Of a stretch of DNA of 64,000 nt, positions 37,025 to 57,342 are shown piece after piece; position 1 is the stretch's first letter; each line of letters begins with the position of its first letter. The position numbers and the translations under genes are program-made. The stretch is from Flaccisagitta enflata (Eukaryota), in assembly GCA_965153355.1 (NCBI GenBank), contig OZ231126.1, positions 4,898,001-4,962,000 on the forward strand. Direction: 5' to 3'. The notes beneath the pieces were generated by a model. It was not told the DNA's origin. It did not search any database and saw only the letters and a program-made list of their open reading frames with translations.

Positions 37025-38157
37025 TGTCTATTTGTTTCACTTGTTTTCCTTCAGTTGTTGAATGTTTCTTTTTAGATTTTTTGGGATTTTTTTGTTTTAC
37101 AGGACTTTTTCTTTATCCGTCTTCTTTTTACTGATATCTTTAAGTAATATCAGTCTTACATCGGAGCAAATTACATTCAGGCATTGAAATGGGTTTGTAT
37201 TTGAGTTCAATTTTGTGATGTTGCCCTCTTATCGTTTGTTTTCAAGCAAGTTTCATTTTTACATTCTCTCCCAAGAGTAGTCATTTATTAGTCATTTAGT
37301 TTTACTCCTTCGCCTTAAACGTAAAACTCGAAACTCTGATAGATAAGGGCAAAAGGCCATTCATGCATTTAAGCAACAAGAAAGAGCTCTTCCTTGACTG
37401 TTTGATGTTTCTTCTTCTTCTTCCTCTTTTGCTCTCTGTTATTCTTCTCCTTCTTCTGTTATTCTGAAAGAGAAAAAGAGAAAAAGATTCGAAAATCGAG
37501 AGAAATGCGATATAAAAAGTTACGCAGACTGATTATCGAAAGTCTTCAACTTGGGCCATAAAGAATCAATTGGTAATCTCTGAGTGATGATCAGTTGGTC
37601 TTTTGAGGGCGTGTTCCGATTTAGTGCATACGGACAATCGCGTTTTTAAGGGGTCACTCGTTCGCTCATTACTTTTGTTCGCTCGCACAGATTTTCATTT
37701 GGTAGCACAATTTCGCTCCATTTGTGGACTTACTCTATCCACTCACTCATATATGAGTCTGTCAAAAATTGATTATGTGTTCACGCTGTAAACGAGATTA
37801 ACTGAAAAGGATCACAATTGTTATCGTTACTGGGAAATAATCTTGGTTGAAGTCGTTACTACAAACACTCCCTGTGTGATGATCGAGTTGGTCTTGAAAG
37901 ACCTTCAAGCAGGAGTTCGAAGAGTTTGAAGCTTTGAATGAGAAAAACTCGACCGGCAACAAATAGATCGAAGATGCCCCGCATCATAACGCTGCAAAGC
38001 GAGACTTGTTTGTTTCTTCCTGACTTTTTTCATTTTAATTGAGATGCGTCCTCGCATCTCCAGGCTCTATCCGTTGCCGTTGGTCCGTTAGTCCTTTCAT
38101 AGATTCTGGAATTTACCAAACAAGCTTATATCATCATTGCTTCCTGTTCCCTTTCTC

Positions 38158-38380
<223 letters not shown>

Positions 38381-39181
38381 TTGTTAGTCTACCTATCTTT
38401 ATTCTTTGCCTTTATCTCCTCCTGCTCTTTTTTTCTCTTCTCATTCCACTATTTCTTCTTCATTTTGTTTTATTGTTGTTTTTTTATTCATTTTTTGTTT
38501 TGTTTTGTTTTTGTTCTTCTCCTTTCTCTTCTTTTTTTCGTATTCTTCTTTTATAGTAAGATTTTGGAGGAAATCCGCCCCAGCCCAGCCACACACAACA
38601 GGTTAAACAGCCCCAGGTTACTTCGGCTACTTTTTGAGTGTGTTTTTTGCTTCCTATGTTTGCTTTTTTTTTTCAAGTGGTTTATATCGTTAATTCACTG
38701 AAAGGGCTGTGGTTACACATTGTTATTGTATTCTGTTATTCCTGTGAACATTACACATGGGTGGGAGCAAAGAACTCAGTGTTTCCTAGCTTTATTCATT
38801 TTTTTTCTATATTGTTTATCAATGACTTTGTTATCAAAACATATCATAAATTCAAAATACTCGACGACCGTTGATTGACAGGGACTCTAAAATGGGAAAC
38901 TTTATCGATGCCCCGTTAAGGTCCGTAAAGTCCGTGAAGTAAACAAACAAGACATGAGCCAAGTGATGGCCAATATGTGCGCCTCGCGGAAAGAGGTATT
39001 TGAATGAATGAATGAATGAATGAATGGATGAATGGATGAATGAATGAATGAATGAATGAATGAATGAATGAATGAATGAATGAATGAATGAATGAATGAA
39101 TGAATGAAGGAATGGATGAATGAATAGATGGATGGATGAATGGACGAATGAATAACAGAAACGAAAACTTGAATGCGGGTA

Positions 39182-44070
<4,889 letters not shown>

Positions 44071-47000
44071 GGTAGGCTTTGAATGAATAAATGAATGAAT
44101 GAATGAATGAATGAATGAATGAATGAATGAATGAATGAATGAATGAATGGATGGATGAATGGATGAATGGATGAATGGATGAATGGATGAATGGATGAAT
44201 GGATGAATGAATGAATGAATGAATGAATAAGTGAATGAATGAATGGATGAATGGATGAATGGATGAATGAATGAATGAATGAATGAATGAATGAATGAAT
44301 GAATGAATGAATGAATGAATGAATGAATGAATGAATGAATGAATGAATGAATGAATAATGTAAATGAAAACTTGAATGCGGGTCGCTGCTTTGAATAAAA
44401 TGTGACCGACGGACAGCCCGACGGACCGACCGATTGAACGACAAACATGATCTTGTACAGATGTGCGAGTACGCTCATAAAAACCTCGTTACACTTAATT
44501 GGCTTATCTGCGGTTAAATGTAAACCATGATTCGCCTCGTGTCGTATTTGTTGACAAATGATAATATGTGATCCTCGATGGTTTATATTGAGAGCCTAAC
44601 GAGCCAAATAGCACAGTATCTGTTGTCAAGGCAAGTCATTACCGGGGATTACAGTTAAAAGCGTATTGATCTTGGGTTTTAAGTTGATTGATCAGATATA
44701 CAGAATAAATACTTTGCAAATATTATGATTGGGCTCTATTGTATTGATTAGGGGGTATCGCATCTCTAGTGGCTTTTATCGGGATAAAAAACTTGTATAA
44801 ACGTAGGACATTACATGAATGAAGATGTTTGACTTGATGTACTGGAGCTAAAGCCGATGGCTTTCCATAACCGGTTTGATTGAAGTTGAAGTTGAAAACC
44901 GATTTCATGATTATTCATGTATTCCATTTGCATAATGCCAAACCAGTCAAAAATTCAAATGAAATCAACCTATTGTAGATTCAATGAATGATCTATTAGA
45001 CTGAATCAAGCAAATGGAAAACTGTTGTCAATTCTTGGCAATGAAAATAATGAAGAAGGGGTACTCAGTTATGTTGCTCATATCTTATTGATTATTAGAA
45101 ATTTTAATTTTGTAGTCTTAAGATTAGATAGAAATTGCATTTACAAAAACAAGTTGGAAAGGCTACAGATACAACCTGGGATATGGGACTGTATTAAGCT
45201 ACATATTGACGACAGAAAGAACCAGATGAGAAGTTTAGAAATAAACTGTTGTCGTATAAATTCGTCCTGTTTGACGAAAAAGAACATAAATGTCAAGCAC
45301 ATAAAATATGAACTCCCCGTTATTTCATGTCAGCATGACATCAACTGAGAAAAACATTACGGGGGATTGTACTACTCAGTAAAAAACGTGGAAAAAAAAT
45401 CAAGTCTAATTTAGATTTGTCATCATTTTTGGGAATAATTGATAATGATTGTGAAAAAAAAACCCAAGACTATCATGTTTAGCCATAACCACGCAACTCT
45501 ACATTCTGCTTTGTCTGTCGGTCCCTCCGACCCTTCATCCCAAAAAACTAGATCCAGAATTCAACGTGAGTTTAAATCGAGCTGTTAGGCGTTTTACTTC
45601 AATAGGCTGAACTTAATCTCCGTTTGCGGTCAGAAATACAGAAGAAAAAATAGAGATAAAATTCGTGCGAAGCAACCACGGCGCACTCACGGATGAGACA
45701 TAGTGGCCTGTAAAGTATGTATTAAGAGGAATTTACACAATGATCGTGTCGTCGGTGGGCAGCCCGGACGGCCGTCAAATACCGTCATCAAGGAAAACGA
45801 AGAAGGAAGAAATGAGAAAAATGACAGGTAGATGAGGATACGGATGTACTGGATGCTTGAAATATTAGGAATTATTAGGTTAGAAATGCGACAACTGAAA
45901 AATCGTTTGTGGTTGGGCTATGGGCAGGGCAGGGGAGCCTTATGCGCAAAAAGGATACCTTGCTGAAAACCAATGGTAAATACCCTATTTTTAGACGTGA
46001 CCAAGGAGGTGTTTAACAAGGCTCGATACAAGGTTAAGTTTTTAGTCGCGTGCACGCGACTCTCCACCCCATTTTGTCCGTCCGTCAGTCGGTTGGTCAG
46101 TCGGTTGGTTGGTCAGTCGGTTGGTCAGTCGGTTGGTTGGTCAGTCGGTCGGTCCCCATTTTACTTTTTTTATCTGTTTTATTTTATTAAGTCATTTTAG
46201 GTTATTTAAGGGTAAACTAAGTCATTCTAAGTCAATCTGTAAGTCTCGCACGCGACTTATAGGTGTTGGCCTTGTTTTTTCTTATAGGAACGTCACTTTC
46301 TGGGCAAGCCTTCAATGTTCTTAAATTTTAGGCAGTTTCAAGGCTTAAGCGTTCTTAGATTTTTGATTCAAAAGCAGTTTTTAACTTTTTATTAACAACA
46401 TTCCTAATTCAAAATTATCTTCTGAGAGAAATAAAGGAAAATGTCAATGAAATAACAAAGCAGCAAGTTTAAATGTCTTAAGTCAAAATCAAGAACAATG
46501 AAAATGGAATGAAACCTGCGGTAAAAACAAAAAAAATATCATTTTTATTGAAGAAATGATATTTTCTAATATTTTTAGCATGTTTTTAATTTTTTGAAGA
46601 TTTTGAGCCGTATGTTTCTTAAATTATTAGTAAAATGAATCTTTCCGAAGTTTTTAGCATGTTCTTAAACTTTTGAGGATTTGGAGCCTAATGTTCTTAC
46701 AATCTTGGTTCTTATAAGGAAAAAAAATTGCAAACCTTAGTCGCGGATGGGTGGGCAGGGGCAGTGATGAAAGGGAACAGTCAGAGTTGTTTTTGTTTTG
46801 GCATATTCGAGAAGTCACAAACTTTCAAAGAAATCATGGTAACCTTATTTCCCTCTGATTAGTGGATGCCAATGATAAACTTCCTATCTCCGAAGATGAG
46901 ACGACATCAGCACATCGCTGCCAACTTTTTCCACTGAAAAGGCTTCAATTTGGATAAGGATGTCCTTACGGCCACCACGCCGACCAGGTTCATCGATCAA

Positions 47001-47409
47001 AATTTTGTGTATTCAAATTACTCGGTTTAAGTAACAATGCAAGTGATGTGAGCTCAAAAAGGCCATGCCGGTTCATTCTTAAGCAGGGGTGTATGTCACA
47101 GAGCAAATGAAGACAACATGTAATGAGTCAACACATCTTTTTAACAATTTCTATTTTCATTGATGTTTTTTTGTAACAAAAAATAGGTTAATTTATTTTT
47201 ATTTCTGATATTTTTGCATAAAAGGTAATTGATATGTCATTTCAATGTAAGAAAAATAAAGATAAATAATGCAAAAATTGTGGATTTATGAAGAAAATTT
47301 GATTTAGCAATTGGAGATGTTTTTGGTGAAATTCTAAGCCATCTTCTTATTTGATAAATTTGCATTTTCAATAACAAAGCTTCATTCTAACAAGGCCAAG
47401 AGATGTCCA

Positions 47410-49126
47410 ATAGATGCGTCCTCTTTAGATGTAAATTATTAAGATATAAAGATATTAAGATATAATGATATGAAAATATAAAGATTCAGAGATAAAGAGA
47501 AAAATATGAATTGATTTCTCTCTCCCCCCACGCCTCTCCACCCCTCCCCTCCACGCTTCCCTACCCCTCCCCCCACGCCTCCCCACCCCTCCCCCCACGC
47601 CTCCCCACCCCCGTCCCCACGCCTCCCCACGCCTCCTCCCCACGCCTCCCGACCCCTCCCCCCCACAACTCCCCACCCCTCCCCTGCCTCATCCTCATGA
47701 AGAGACATGAAAGGACTTGGAGAGACATGGATAGATATGGAGAGACATGAAGAGACATGAGGAAACATGAGGAGACATATAAAGACTTGAAGAGACATAA
47801 GAGACATAAGAGACATAAGAGACCTAAGAGACCTAAGAGATGCAAGAGACATAAGAGACATAAGAGATTTAACTTATAAGAGATATAAGAGATATGAGAT
47901 ATAAGAGATTTAAGAGACATCAGAGACATGAGAGACATGAGAGACATATGAGCAGACCTTTCCTTAGTCATTTTTTTGAGTGGGCCAGCCGGGCCCGCTC
48001 ATCAAAATTTTAGCGGGCCCGGCAAAGAAACAGCGGGCCCGGTTCTCTGTTCCCCAAATATGCTATTTTACAGTGGATGGCATGCATCATGTAAAAAAAA
48101 CTTGCTAAACACGCTCCTTGCGTACCCCATTCAAATCTAACCAATTGAAATATGAAAAAAATATGGCTTCTTTGAGAAAAAGGGTATGAAAGTAAAGGAA
48201 AGAAGAGTAGCCTTGAGACTACTAATGACTGTAAGGACAATTTAGTACTGTGAAAATGATGTTACATAAGGAGCTATAAAATAGTTTTTTTTTACAAGAT
48301 GAAGCGCACTGCTCAAATCTGATAGTGCTTCTTGTTGCTATGGAAACATGAAAACTTCAATTTATGTGGAAAACTTATTTCCAGATTTGCAGATTACCAC
48401 TTTTGGAAAGTCCCGAGTCAAATGAAGACTTATGGCGGAAAACAAATGTTGTCTGTTAAAAGTTTTATTCAAAAATGTTTTCTCTGTATGACATGATACT
48501 AAAGGTGTCTCAAAAAGGAAATAATATTCAGTATCCTTCAGTTTTACAAAACAAAAATTTATCAATTACAAGACTATCATCAAAATAGTTTTAAAGAGAA
48601 ATGTTAAGTCAAAAACATAGGAGGAAAATGAGAGCGGGCCAACCGGGCCCGCATCCAGCAAAAAGTGCGGGCCCGACAGCCAAATTGCGGGCCTCGGGCC
48701 CGCGGGCCCGCTCTAAATCAAGGCCTGCATATGAGACATATAGGAGACATAGGAGACATAAGAGACATATAGGAGACATATAGGAGACATATAGGAGACA
48801 TAAGAGACATAAGAGACATATGAGACCTAAGATACATAGGAGAAATAAGAGACATAAGAGATATAAGAGACATAAGAGATGTAAGAGACATATAGAAGAC
48901 ATCAGAGACTTACAGGACACAAAAGAGACAAAAGAGACAAAAGAGACGAAAGAGATGAAAGAGACATAAGAAATATAAGAGACATGAAGAGACATGAAGA
49001 GAAATGAAGAGAAAACCCTAAAATTTGCCTTTAGAGAATTTCGCGTTACAGACATACCTTCATACCTTCATTCCTTCATACGTAGGGACAGAGCCTCTTA
49101 TAGAGATGCGAGGACGCATCTAAAAA
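47410..49126. mobile_element. DINE/Helentron-like element with C-rich and 9-bp (gagacataa)n arrays
   Basis: Starts near tagatgcgtcctc (47411) and ends tatagagatgcgaggacgcatctaaaaa. Confidence 0.65.
47953..48727. mobile_element. hAT-type non-autonomous element
   Basis: cagacctt / aaggcctg termini, subterminal gcgggcccg motifs, perfect 8-bp TSD catatgag. Confidence 0.85.
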
Positions 49127-49752
49127 CATATAAGAATAGGGCCATGTTCTTAAAAATGCAAAAATTTGCATCTGGAAACAGTCTCAGAATTTCACCCAAC
49201 TGCTTCATAAATTCTTGCAATTCTATTTTTAAAGAATTCTTGCAAATCAGAGATGGTTTCTGTCTCTCATCAATGCAATATCAAGTTTCTTTGTTTGTTT
49301 ATATTTTTAAGCTTGTTTACAAGAATGATGAGACTAAAAAAACTAAGTATACTTTGATCTGTTTCAATAAAAAAGTTGAGTAGGTTATGAATATGTGTGG
49401 TTGTTGAATTTCGCCTTTGTTTGCACTGTGACGTATATAGTTGCACGGCTTTTGTTTCTTTCCCCCCTGCCTTTGATTTCCTTTCCCGCATTGCGTCGCG
49501 TTGCAAAATCTATGATTTTCTTCCCTACAAAGCAATAAAACTATATTTTAGGTTTAATCAATGTAGAATTGTGTTGTACTAATTAGGTTTTATCATTTGG
49601 TACTGCCAAAATCAATATTTTCCTTAATTTTCTTTTTTTTTTCTCTTTTTTCCCTTTTTTTTCCCTTCCCCATCTCCAAACCTTTTGATTAATTTTCCCC
49701 CCCCCCGGGGAGGGGGGGGAATATGCAAGAATATACACCCCTGTTCTTAAGC

Positions 49753-49812
<60 letters not shown>

Positions 49813-49833
49813 ACTTACTTACCTACTTACTTA

Positions 49834-49913
<80 letters not shown>

Positions 49914-50129
49914 AAAGGACAGTTTCGATAGAAAATGAGCACGCACACAACGAAAAGATGTGTCAGCTTGGTTTTGAATCAGTCCAGTTATGCGGCATAT
50001 CTCATCAGGTGAATTAGTAACAATAAAATGAAACCCACATTCATCTTTAGATACAATCACTGTAAATCTTTTTTTTTTCGCCTTTGCGACTTTACATCCC
50101 GCCCGTCGGTCTCTCTCTCTTTGTCTCGT

Positions 50130-50260
<131 letters not shown>

Positions 50261-52186
50261 CTCTCATCTTGCATCTTTAGTTGCAGACAGGTAACTCTAA
50301 AAGAGGCTTTGTCTGTCCGTTTGTCCATTGGTCCATCATGATCGAGTTGAAAAGTGCAAAAACACACTTATAGTTTAAACCTATATAATTTCTAAACGCT
50401 TTGAGCTAGAATTCTGGGATTGGACTCAAATTAAAGATTTTTTGCAGGGGATCATGCTAGATTAAAAAAAACAGCAAAAAAAAAATTATCAATATGTTTT
50501 TTCATTGTTTTTCCAAGATTTTTCATGTTTCGCTAACTTTTCATGTTAAAAATTCATTTCTTATGTTAGTAATTTCTTAAAGGTGTATATCATTTGACAG
50601 AAAAGCAAATTTGTAAGCAAAAGAACCTCCATTGGGATCAGCTTAAACATTTTGTATCAATATTTGCTCTATTTTTACAAGATCAAAGAGGCTAAACTCC
50701 TTTATTCCAGGTCAAAATCCCAATATTTTGATGAATTTGTGGTACTTTTCAAAATATCATAGAAGCTAAACTACTTGGCTTCAGGTGCTGAAATTTTGCA
50801 TGAAAAAACCGCAGGTAATATGCTAATAGATAGAAGAAACCCGAATTTCAAAATATGAATAGTTTTTGCGCAATACATCTTTTGTTGGTTGCAGTTGATT
50901 TTGAAGACAGGGTAGGCGAGGGTGTGGATGGGGTTGTATGTCCCTGTCCACCCGTCCACAACTTTATCGTGACCTCGCATCATTTGTTTGCATTACTACT
51001 TCAGAAGGAGGCCCCGCGACTATCGGCTACAGTGTATAGAAGCTCTATGTTTTCTCCACAGGAACTTATGCTGGGATTCTGAAATATAAGAGGAACTACC
51101 GGTTGGTGCTAGGGAATCTTGCTGGCGTAATGGATAATGAAGAGTCGAATCATGAACATAATGAACAATGTTATCTGTATATGCCTTTTCTTGAATTTCT
51201 GTTGTTTTATCGGATAGTTACCGTCGATAGAAATGTAAGATTATGCTAATTTGCATAAAGTTGTCAATATGATTTTGCATTCTCAAAAGAGACCTTAGTC
51301 AATAAAGAATCAAAGAAGGCATCAATGGAATCGTTATTCTTACGTGGATGAATATGCGAAACTAAGCATGGATCAATGAAGTCCGGAAAGAAAAAAACCC
51401 GTCATTTAGTCGATTCATGCTAATTGGTCTTCGAGTTTGAAAAAAAGAGTAATGTGAATACGGTATTCATCAATTTGAGCCTAACAATAAATAAGTTTGT
51501 TTATCAGTGGCAACCAGGACGGAGAATCTGAAATGGAAGCCGAAGTCCCCCTTGTTTTATCTTTTTGTACATTACAAGTCATTTCGAGTCTACTTAAGGC
51601 ATCCTTGGTCTTATTAAGTCAGTCCGTGTCATTTTAAGACATTTTGTCATTTCTGTATATAAAGTCATTTTTTTAGATTTTTTTTTCTATTCATTTTAAG
51701 GAAAGGCAGCTGACGTTTTCGGACTGACAGACGGACTGACAGACGGACAAATCAGGGAATAGAGAGTAAAATGTGTTCATGCTCACGCCTATGGTTTGTG
51801 TAAAATCAACAAGTTTTCCCAATACTTGTTTTTAAAGCGTCCATTTCTGCTGACGGTTATAGTCTATAACATAAAGAAAGAAAAGAGAAAATGTTTTTCT
51901 GATGTTTTCTCAAAGTTTGGCCAACCAAAAAAAAACAAGTTTAGCGAAAAATTGTTACGGCCCCAAAAAAAGCATGACAAAAAAAAAGAAGTCAATACCG
52001 ACGATGCCTGGTCATGTGACCCAGTCTGCGAGACAGCTGCAGCAACAGCGGCTGTGGCAGTGACAGCAGCAACAGCAACAGCAGCAAAAGCAGCAGCAAG
52101 AATTCACTCCCCGTGGATGACTGGAATCGAGAGGGAAAAGGGATGGAGACAGAAAAGATGAATTCGTGAACACTTAGCACTGTATC

Positions 52187-52650
52187 CAGAATCTGAAATT
52201 TAATGTCTCGCACTGTATGCAGAGCCTGAACCTAAATGTCTCGCACTGTATCCAGAATCTGAAATTAAATGTCTCGCACTGTTTTCAGAACTTGAAATTA
52301 AATGTCTCGCACTGTATCCAGACTCCGAAATTAAATGTCTCGCACTGTATCCAGACTTTGAAATTAAATGTCTCGCACTGTATCCAGACTCCGAAATTAA
52401 ATGTCTCGCATTGTATCCAGACTCTGAAATTAAATGTCTCGCACTAAATCCAGAATCTGAACTTAGATGTTTCGCACTGTATCCAGAACCTGAACTAAAT
52501 GTCTCGCACTGTATCCAGAATCTGAACTTACATGTTTCGCACTGTTTTCAGAACCTGAACTTAAATGTCTCGCACTGTATCCAAAATCTAAAATTATATG
52601 TCTCGCACTGTATCCAGAATCTGAAATTTAATGTCTTGCACTGTATTCCG
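52187..52650. repeat. 33-bp minisatellite (~14 units)
   Basis: Units of tgtctcgcactgtatccagaatctgaaattaaa. Confidence 0.92.
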
Positions 52651-52859
52651 AAGTTCATGGAGTGTTTTAGACTGTATTTGAAATATAAGTGTTATGAAGT
52701 GTGCCATATTTTAGGGGATGCATTGCACTGTGTTCTTAATTGGAAGAAATACTTGGTTCTGTGTTCTAAATTGGAAGAAATCCCAAGGACTCAAATCTCA
52801 AATTCTCAGCCAAAGTGCCCGAAAGGCCATCAGGAGGCCACTTGTGGATCTCAGCCTCA

Positions 52860-53865
52860 ACAAGGCTGGATACACGGCTACCGATGTCGCGTGCGAGTGG
52901 GCAGGAGCATTGATAAACCAGTTGCCCAAGGGCAATATGTGGTCAGCGATAGCCGTTGCCCTGCTCTGCTTGTTTGTGAATTGGAGTGAGGGGAAGCAGG
53001 GCAGCGGCCCCAAAGGGAACAAAGGGGACAAAATCCTGTAGAACACAGGGGGACTTTCATTGGTCCTTCTTGAAAAAGTTGATAAGATGCTATAGAGGGC
53101 TGATTGAGGGCCTTCACGAACCTGAAGGCTTTCCCATGGCTAATTCAAGGCTTGACAAAGATAGCTAGGCTGATTTGAAGCGTGTGAGCATTTATTTGAG
53201 GTCTGAATGGGCTGAATTGATGTCTAAGGGGGCTGATGTAAAGCCTGAGAAAGCCGATTGGAGGCTTGAGGGGGCAGATTTAAGGCTTGGGAAAGCTGAA
53301 TGAAGGCTTTAAAGACTTTAAAGACTGACTGATTTGAGGCGTAGATGGCTGATTTGAGGCCGGATTTAGGCCTAGGAGGCTGGATTTGAGGACTGAAAGG
53401 CCAATGTGAGGCCTGAGAGACCAAATTTGAGGCCTGAGAGGCTGGATTTGAGAACTGAGAGGCCAGATTTGAGGCCTGAGATACCGGATTTGAGGCCTGA
53501 GAGGCTGGATTTGAGAACTGAGAGGCCAGATTTGAGGCCTGAGATACCGGATTTGAGGCCTGAGAGGACGGATTTGAGGCCTGATATGCCAGATTTGAGG
53601 CCTGACTGGCCCAATGGGGGTGACAAATGAACAGACGAACGAATGAACGAACGACTGGACAAACGAAAGTCCCCCTGTGTTCTACAGGACTTCGTCCCCT
53701 TGGGAGCCACGGCCCAAAAAGGTTAATCAAACATTTGGGTGGGAACAGACATGCAAAAACCGCTCGTTAATGCCAAAATAGCTAACGGTGATCGATGGAC
53801 GGACAGACCGACGGACGGACCGACCAACATATAGGATTATACTGTCGTGTGCACGCAACTAAAAA
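52860..53865. mobile_element. Nested DINE-like and minisatellite-carrying inverted-repeat element
   Basis: aacaaggctggatacacggcta start; gcagcggccccaaaggg..cctgtagaacacagggggac / gtccccctgtgttctacaggac inverted pair; 21-bp tttgaggcctgag array; gtgcacgcaactaaaaa end. Confidence 0.7.
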
Positions 53866-55400
53866 CCTGAAATCTTAGCTTAATGACCCGAAATCCGTGA
53901 CACGCAAACATACAGATAGACGAGAGATACGAATGCGATAGAGAGTATGATAATATTGACAATTTCAAACTTCATGAGATGAGATTTGTTTCGTTTTAAA
54001 GTTCAACCTTTGTTGTATTCTTTCTCTGTCTTGGCATTGGGCTTCAAAGCCTCTTAGCCTAATGTCACGTGCGGCTGGGTCTATCATGATGTAGCAGCTA
54101 TTTTCAACATTGGGCAGGACTAGTCTCTCAGCCTTATGTCGCATGCAGCAGCCATTTCTGTCATTGGGCCTCATTGCCTCATAGGACGTCGAATCTGCCA
54201 GGGAAAAATGAAGTGCTTCACCCCACGTTTGCATCAATAATGGACTAATTGTCCATCCACAAATGTTTTCATTTCTCAAGTTGTCACTGGATACACTTGA
54301 TAATGTACATCTGTTTCATATTTCACGCTTTAAATCGCCTTTTATAAGCTATTCTGACAGAAAATGGCAGGAAAATGAAGATTTTTAGTGAAATTTTGTT
54401 GACATTTTTTTCTATTTTCTGAGGTCGAAATCATAAGAAGGCCACAACAAGAAAAATTTTGCATTTTCAAAAACATAGATCTCTCTAAAAACGATTTGGG
54501 GAGGGAACTATGTTCTTTGTTTTTTCATTTTTTCATTTTCTATGCAAACTTATAATTTCGACCAACCCCATGTCAGTGACAAAAAAGAAATTTGTAGAAA
54601 TTTTCAGTAAACTGTTTTCAGTAATTTAAGCTAAATCTGCTAATCTTGCTAAATGGATGCAAATTTTCCTTTCAAATATCATGCGTGTCTTATCTCGATC
54701 ATTTTTATTCACTTGTTTTTCTATTTTCACTCATGTATGTTTTCCATTTTGACCTATTTTGATACCCTAAATGTTGGCTTCGTGGGCACGCTATCATAGA
54801 CTAATAATGCGTGCGGGTGGGTCTGTCATGATGTAGCAGCTAATATTGCGTGCGTGCGGGTGGGTTCATTGTGATGTAGCAGCTATTTTTGCCATTGGAC
54901 AGGAATAGCTTCTTTGCCTAAAATCGCGTGCGGGTAGCTCCGTTGTGATGTATCAGCTATATTCGCCCTTAGACAGAAACAGTGTTGCAAGATCTTCTTG
55001 CCACTTCCGCGACTTTAACGTTGAACTAATTTCCAAAGGAATCCAAGAAAATTCCTTATCATACGTCCATTGTCCTTGGCCTCTCTCATGATCATGGTCG
55101 CATGATCAAAGTGGCAAAACTTAGGCACATCCCGACCTAAGTTCTATAGAGATACATCTTGTAGATGCATCCCATAGAGATGCATGAATTTTTAATGATC
55201 ACGAGTTTGTCATGCATTTGCCATTACCAAAGGTCATTCATTTTCTTTTGTTTGGGAATATTCCTGTGGTTTCTCACTTTGGACTGATATCGATTTGATC
55301 CAATAAAGTCATTCTTCATTCTTCATTTTTGGCTCAAGTGGAAAATTCCATCTTTGTGATCAGATCTTGGAAAACTCTTCACGAGTTCATCTACTTTCTA

Positions 55401-56111
55401 CACCGTCTTTAAATCGGATTGATAAATGTTAAATCATTATAACTTCTGAACTACTTGGCAAATAGTCTTCAAATTTTCAGAGATTGTGGGTAATATACTG
55501 CAGTTTTGTTTTACAAAACCTCAAATTGGAGTATTAGATAATTGAGGATTGGCAAAACATCAAATGAAATTCACTTTTGAAGCTGCAACAATTATTCTAT
55601 ATTTTCTTCCATGAAGAAGCTTTCTTTATTTGCATGCCATTTCTAATGAAAAAAAGCTATAGCCCCAGGGATGGTCTCAAATGGAAGGAAATATGTCAAA
55701 GATTTCAGTTCTGTCCAAAAAATTGAGAAAATTTGGATATTTCAAGAGGTTACGATTGATTTGAGAAAAAAATTTGCTATCATGCAGACACTCAAATTCT
55801 GGTAAATTGATCAAAATCTTCATAAATGTAAAATTGACCAGCCTTATGGTTCCAGCTCAATATATTTTGAAATGGTAAGCATATAATAACAACTTCATTC
55901 AAAAAAACCTATGAAATAACTGATTTTGCCCCAAAAAATCCACTTTTTTCAATGATTTGCTGATCCTCACCTTTTCATGACCAAAAATTGAAGTTTTGCT
56001 TAACAAAACCGCAGTATATTGCCAACATTCTCTAAAAATTTGAAGACTTTTTGCCTCGTAGTTTAGGAGTTATAAAGGTTTAACATTTATCAATTTGATT
56101 TAAAGACGGTG
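55401..56111. mobile_element. TA-flanked non-autonomous TIR element
   Basis: TA|caccgtctttaaatc ... gatttaaagacggtg|TA, with ~110-bp imperfect TIRs. Confidence 0.85.
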
Positions 56112-56587
56112 TAAAAAAAAAAAGAAAAAAAAACTTTCATAACGTTTGGACCCATAACTCTTTCAAGCTCATCAATTGTTTAAGATATCCAGACTAACGA
56201 CACAATTCTAGCTCAATTCATCCAAAAGTTATTCAACTTTAACGGAATCTTTTCCATTTCAAAATTGTTTGAAAGCTCTAAGAAAATTTCAGTTTTCAAT
56301 TTGTATATACAGTTAAACTTTGCAATAACGGACCCAAGAGTAACGGAAACCCAGCTTTAGCGGAAAGATACCATTGGTCCCTGCATTTTCTCTTTTATTT
56401 CTTTGCAAGAGAAACTTGTTAGTACCGGCCTCTTCTGTATCGAAAAGTTAATCTAATCCGCATGACCTGAGCGGTCCGAAGCATGATAATCCCTAGGTCA
56501 ATAACGGAAAGTCGGCATCCATCAATGGCAATCGCCGATGAGCTAGTGGTGAAATTGACGGCATCAATTGGATTTGCCGTCATGAAG

Positions 56588-56625
<38 letters not shown>

Positions 56626-56984
56626 CTCTTTACCTCAAGATCTATGACTGACGCACTATTCATTAACTTCCTCCATCTTCAACGATAAACGATAAACATA
56701 TTGCATGTTACAAAAATTATTTCACCTAAGCATCGCCAAAAAAGGAGATAATCGATCTTGAACAAAAAGGAAACCCGCGTACAGTCATTATTAGTCACAT
56801 TTATGCCATCGCCACCAGTACACTTTTTGACTTCATCAAAAATGTCTTTCGGTCTGATTATCTTTTTAATTGCGGATACGCAACTCTATTTAGAAGAGGC
56901 TTTGTCCGTCCGTCCGTCCGTTGGTCCATTGGTCCGTTGGTCCATCGGTCTCTACTGATCGAGTCAAAAAAGTGTGGTAATGCC

Positions 56985-57342
56985 CATTACGGATGTCAGA
57001 GTGCCGGAATTGGCTGAAATTGGCTTTCCACCCACCATCATCAGTTTCCTTTGCTGAAATGCTATTAAATGAGCCGTCGCGCAATTTTCAAATCAATCGG
57101 GAACCATCGTTAGGGTGACCAAGAAGTTTCCATTGATATCTATGGCGGAGGTAAAATTTGCATAATAAAGATATTGATTCTAATGTTAATTCAATACAAA
57201 CTTCAACCACTCCCTAACGATGGTTCCCGATCGAATTTAAGGTTGCGCGACGGCTCGTTAGAAAGGGCTTTTGCAAAAGAAAACGATGAGGGTGGGGGGA
57301 AAGCCAGTTTCGCCCGTTTTTGGCACCCTGACATGCGTAATG
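56985..57342. mobile_element. MITE with ~130-bp imperfect TIRs
   Basis: cattacggatgtcag..atcgggaaccatcgttaggg mirrored by ccctaacgatggttcccgat..ctgacatgcgtaatg. Confidence 0.75.

Noticed and set aside
51062-51176. Possible isolated plus-strand exon (ctccacag|..TYAGILKYKRNYRLVLGNLAG...)
   Set aside because: Good acceptor, but no recognisable homology and no partner exons.
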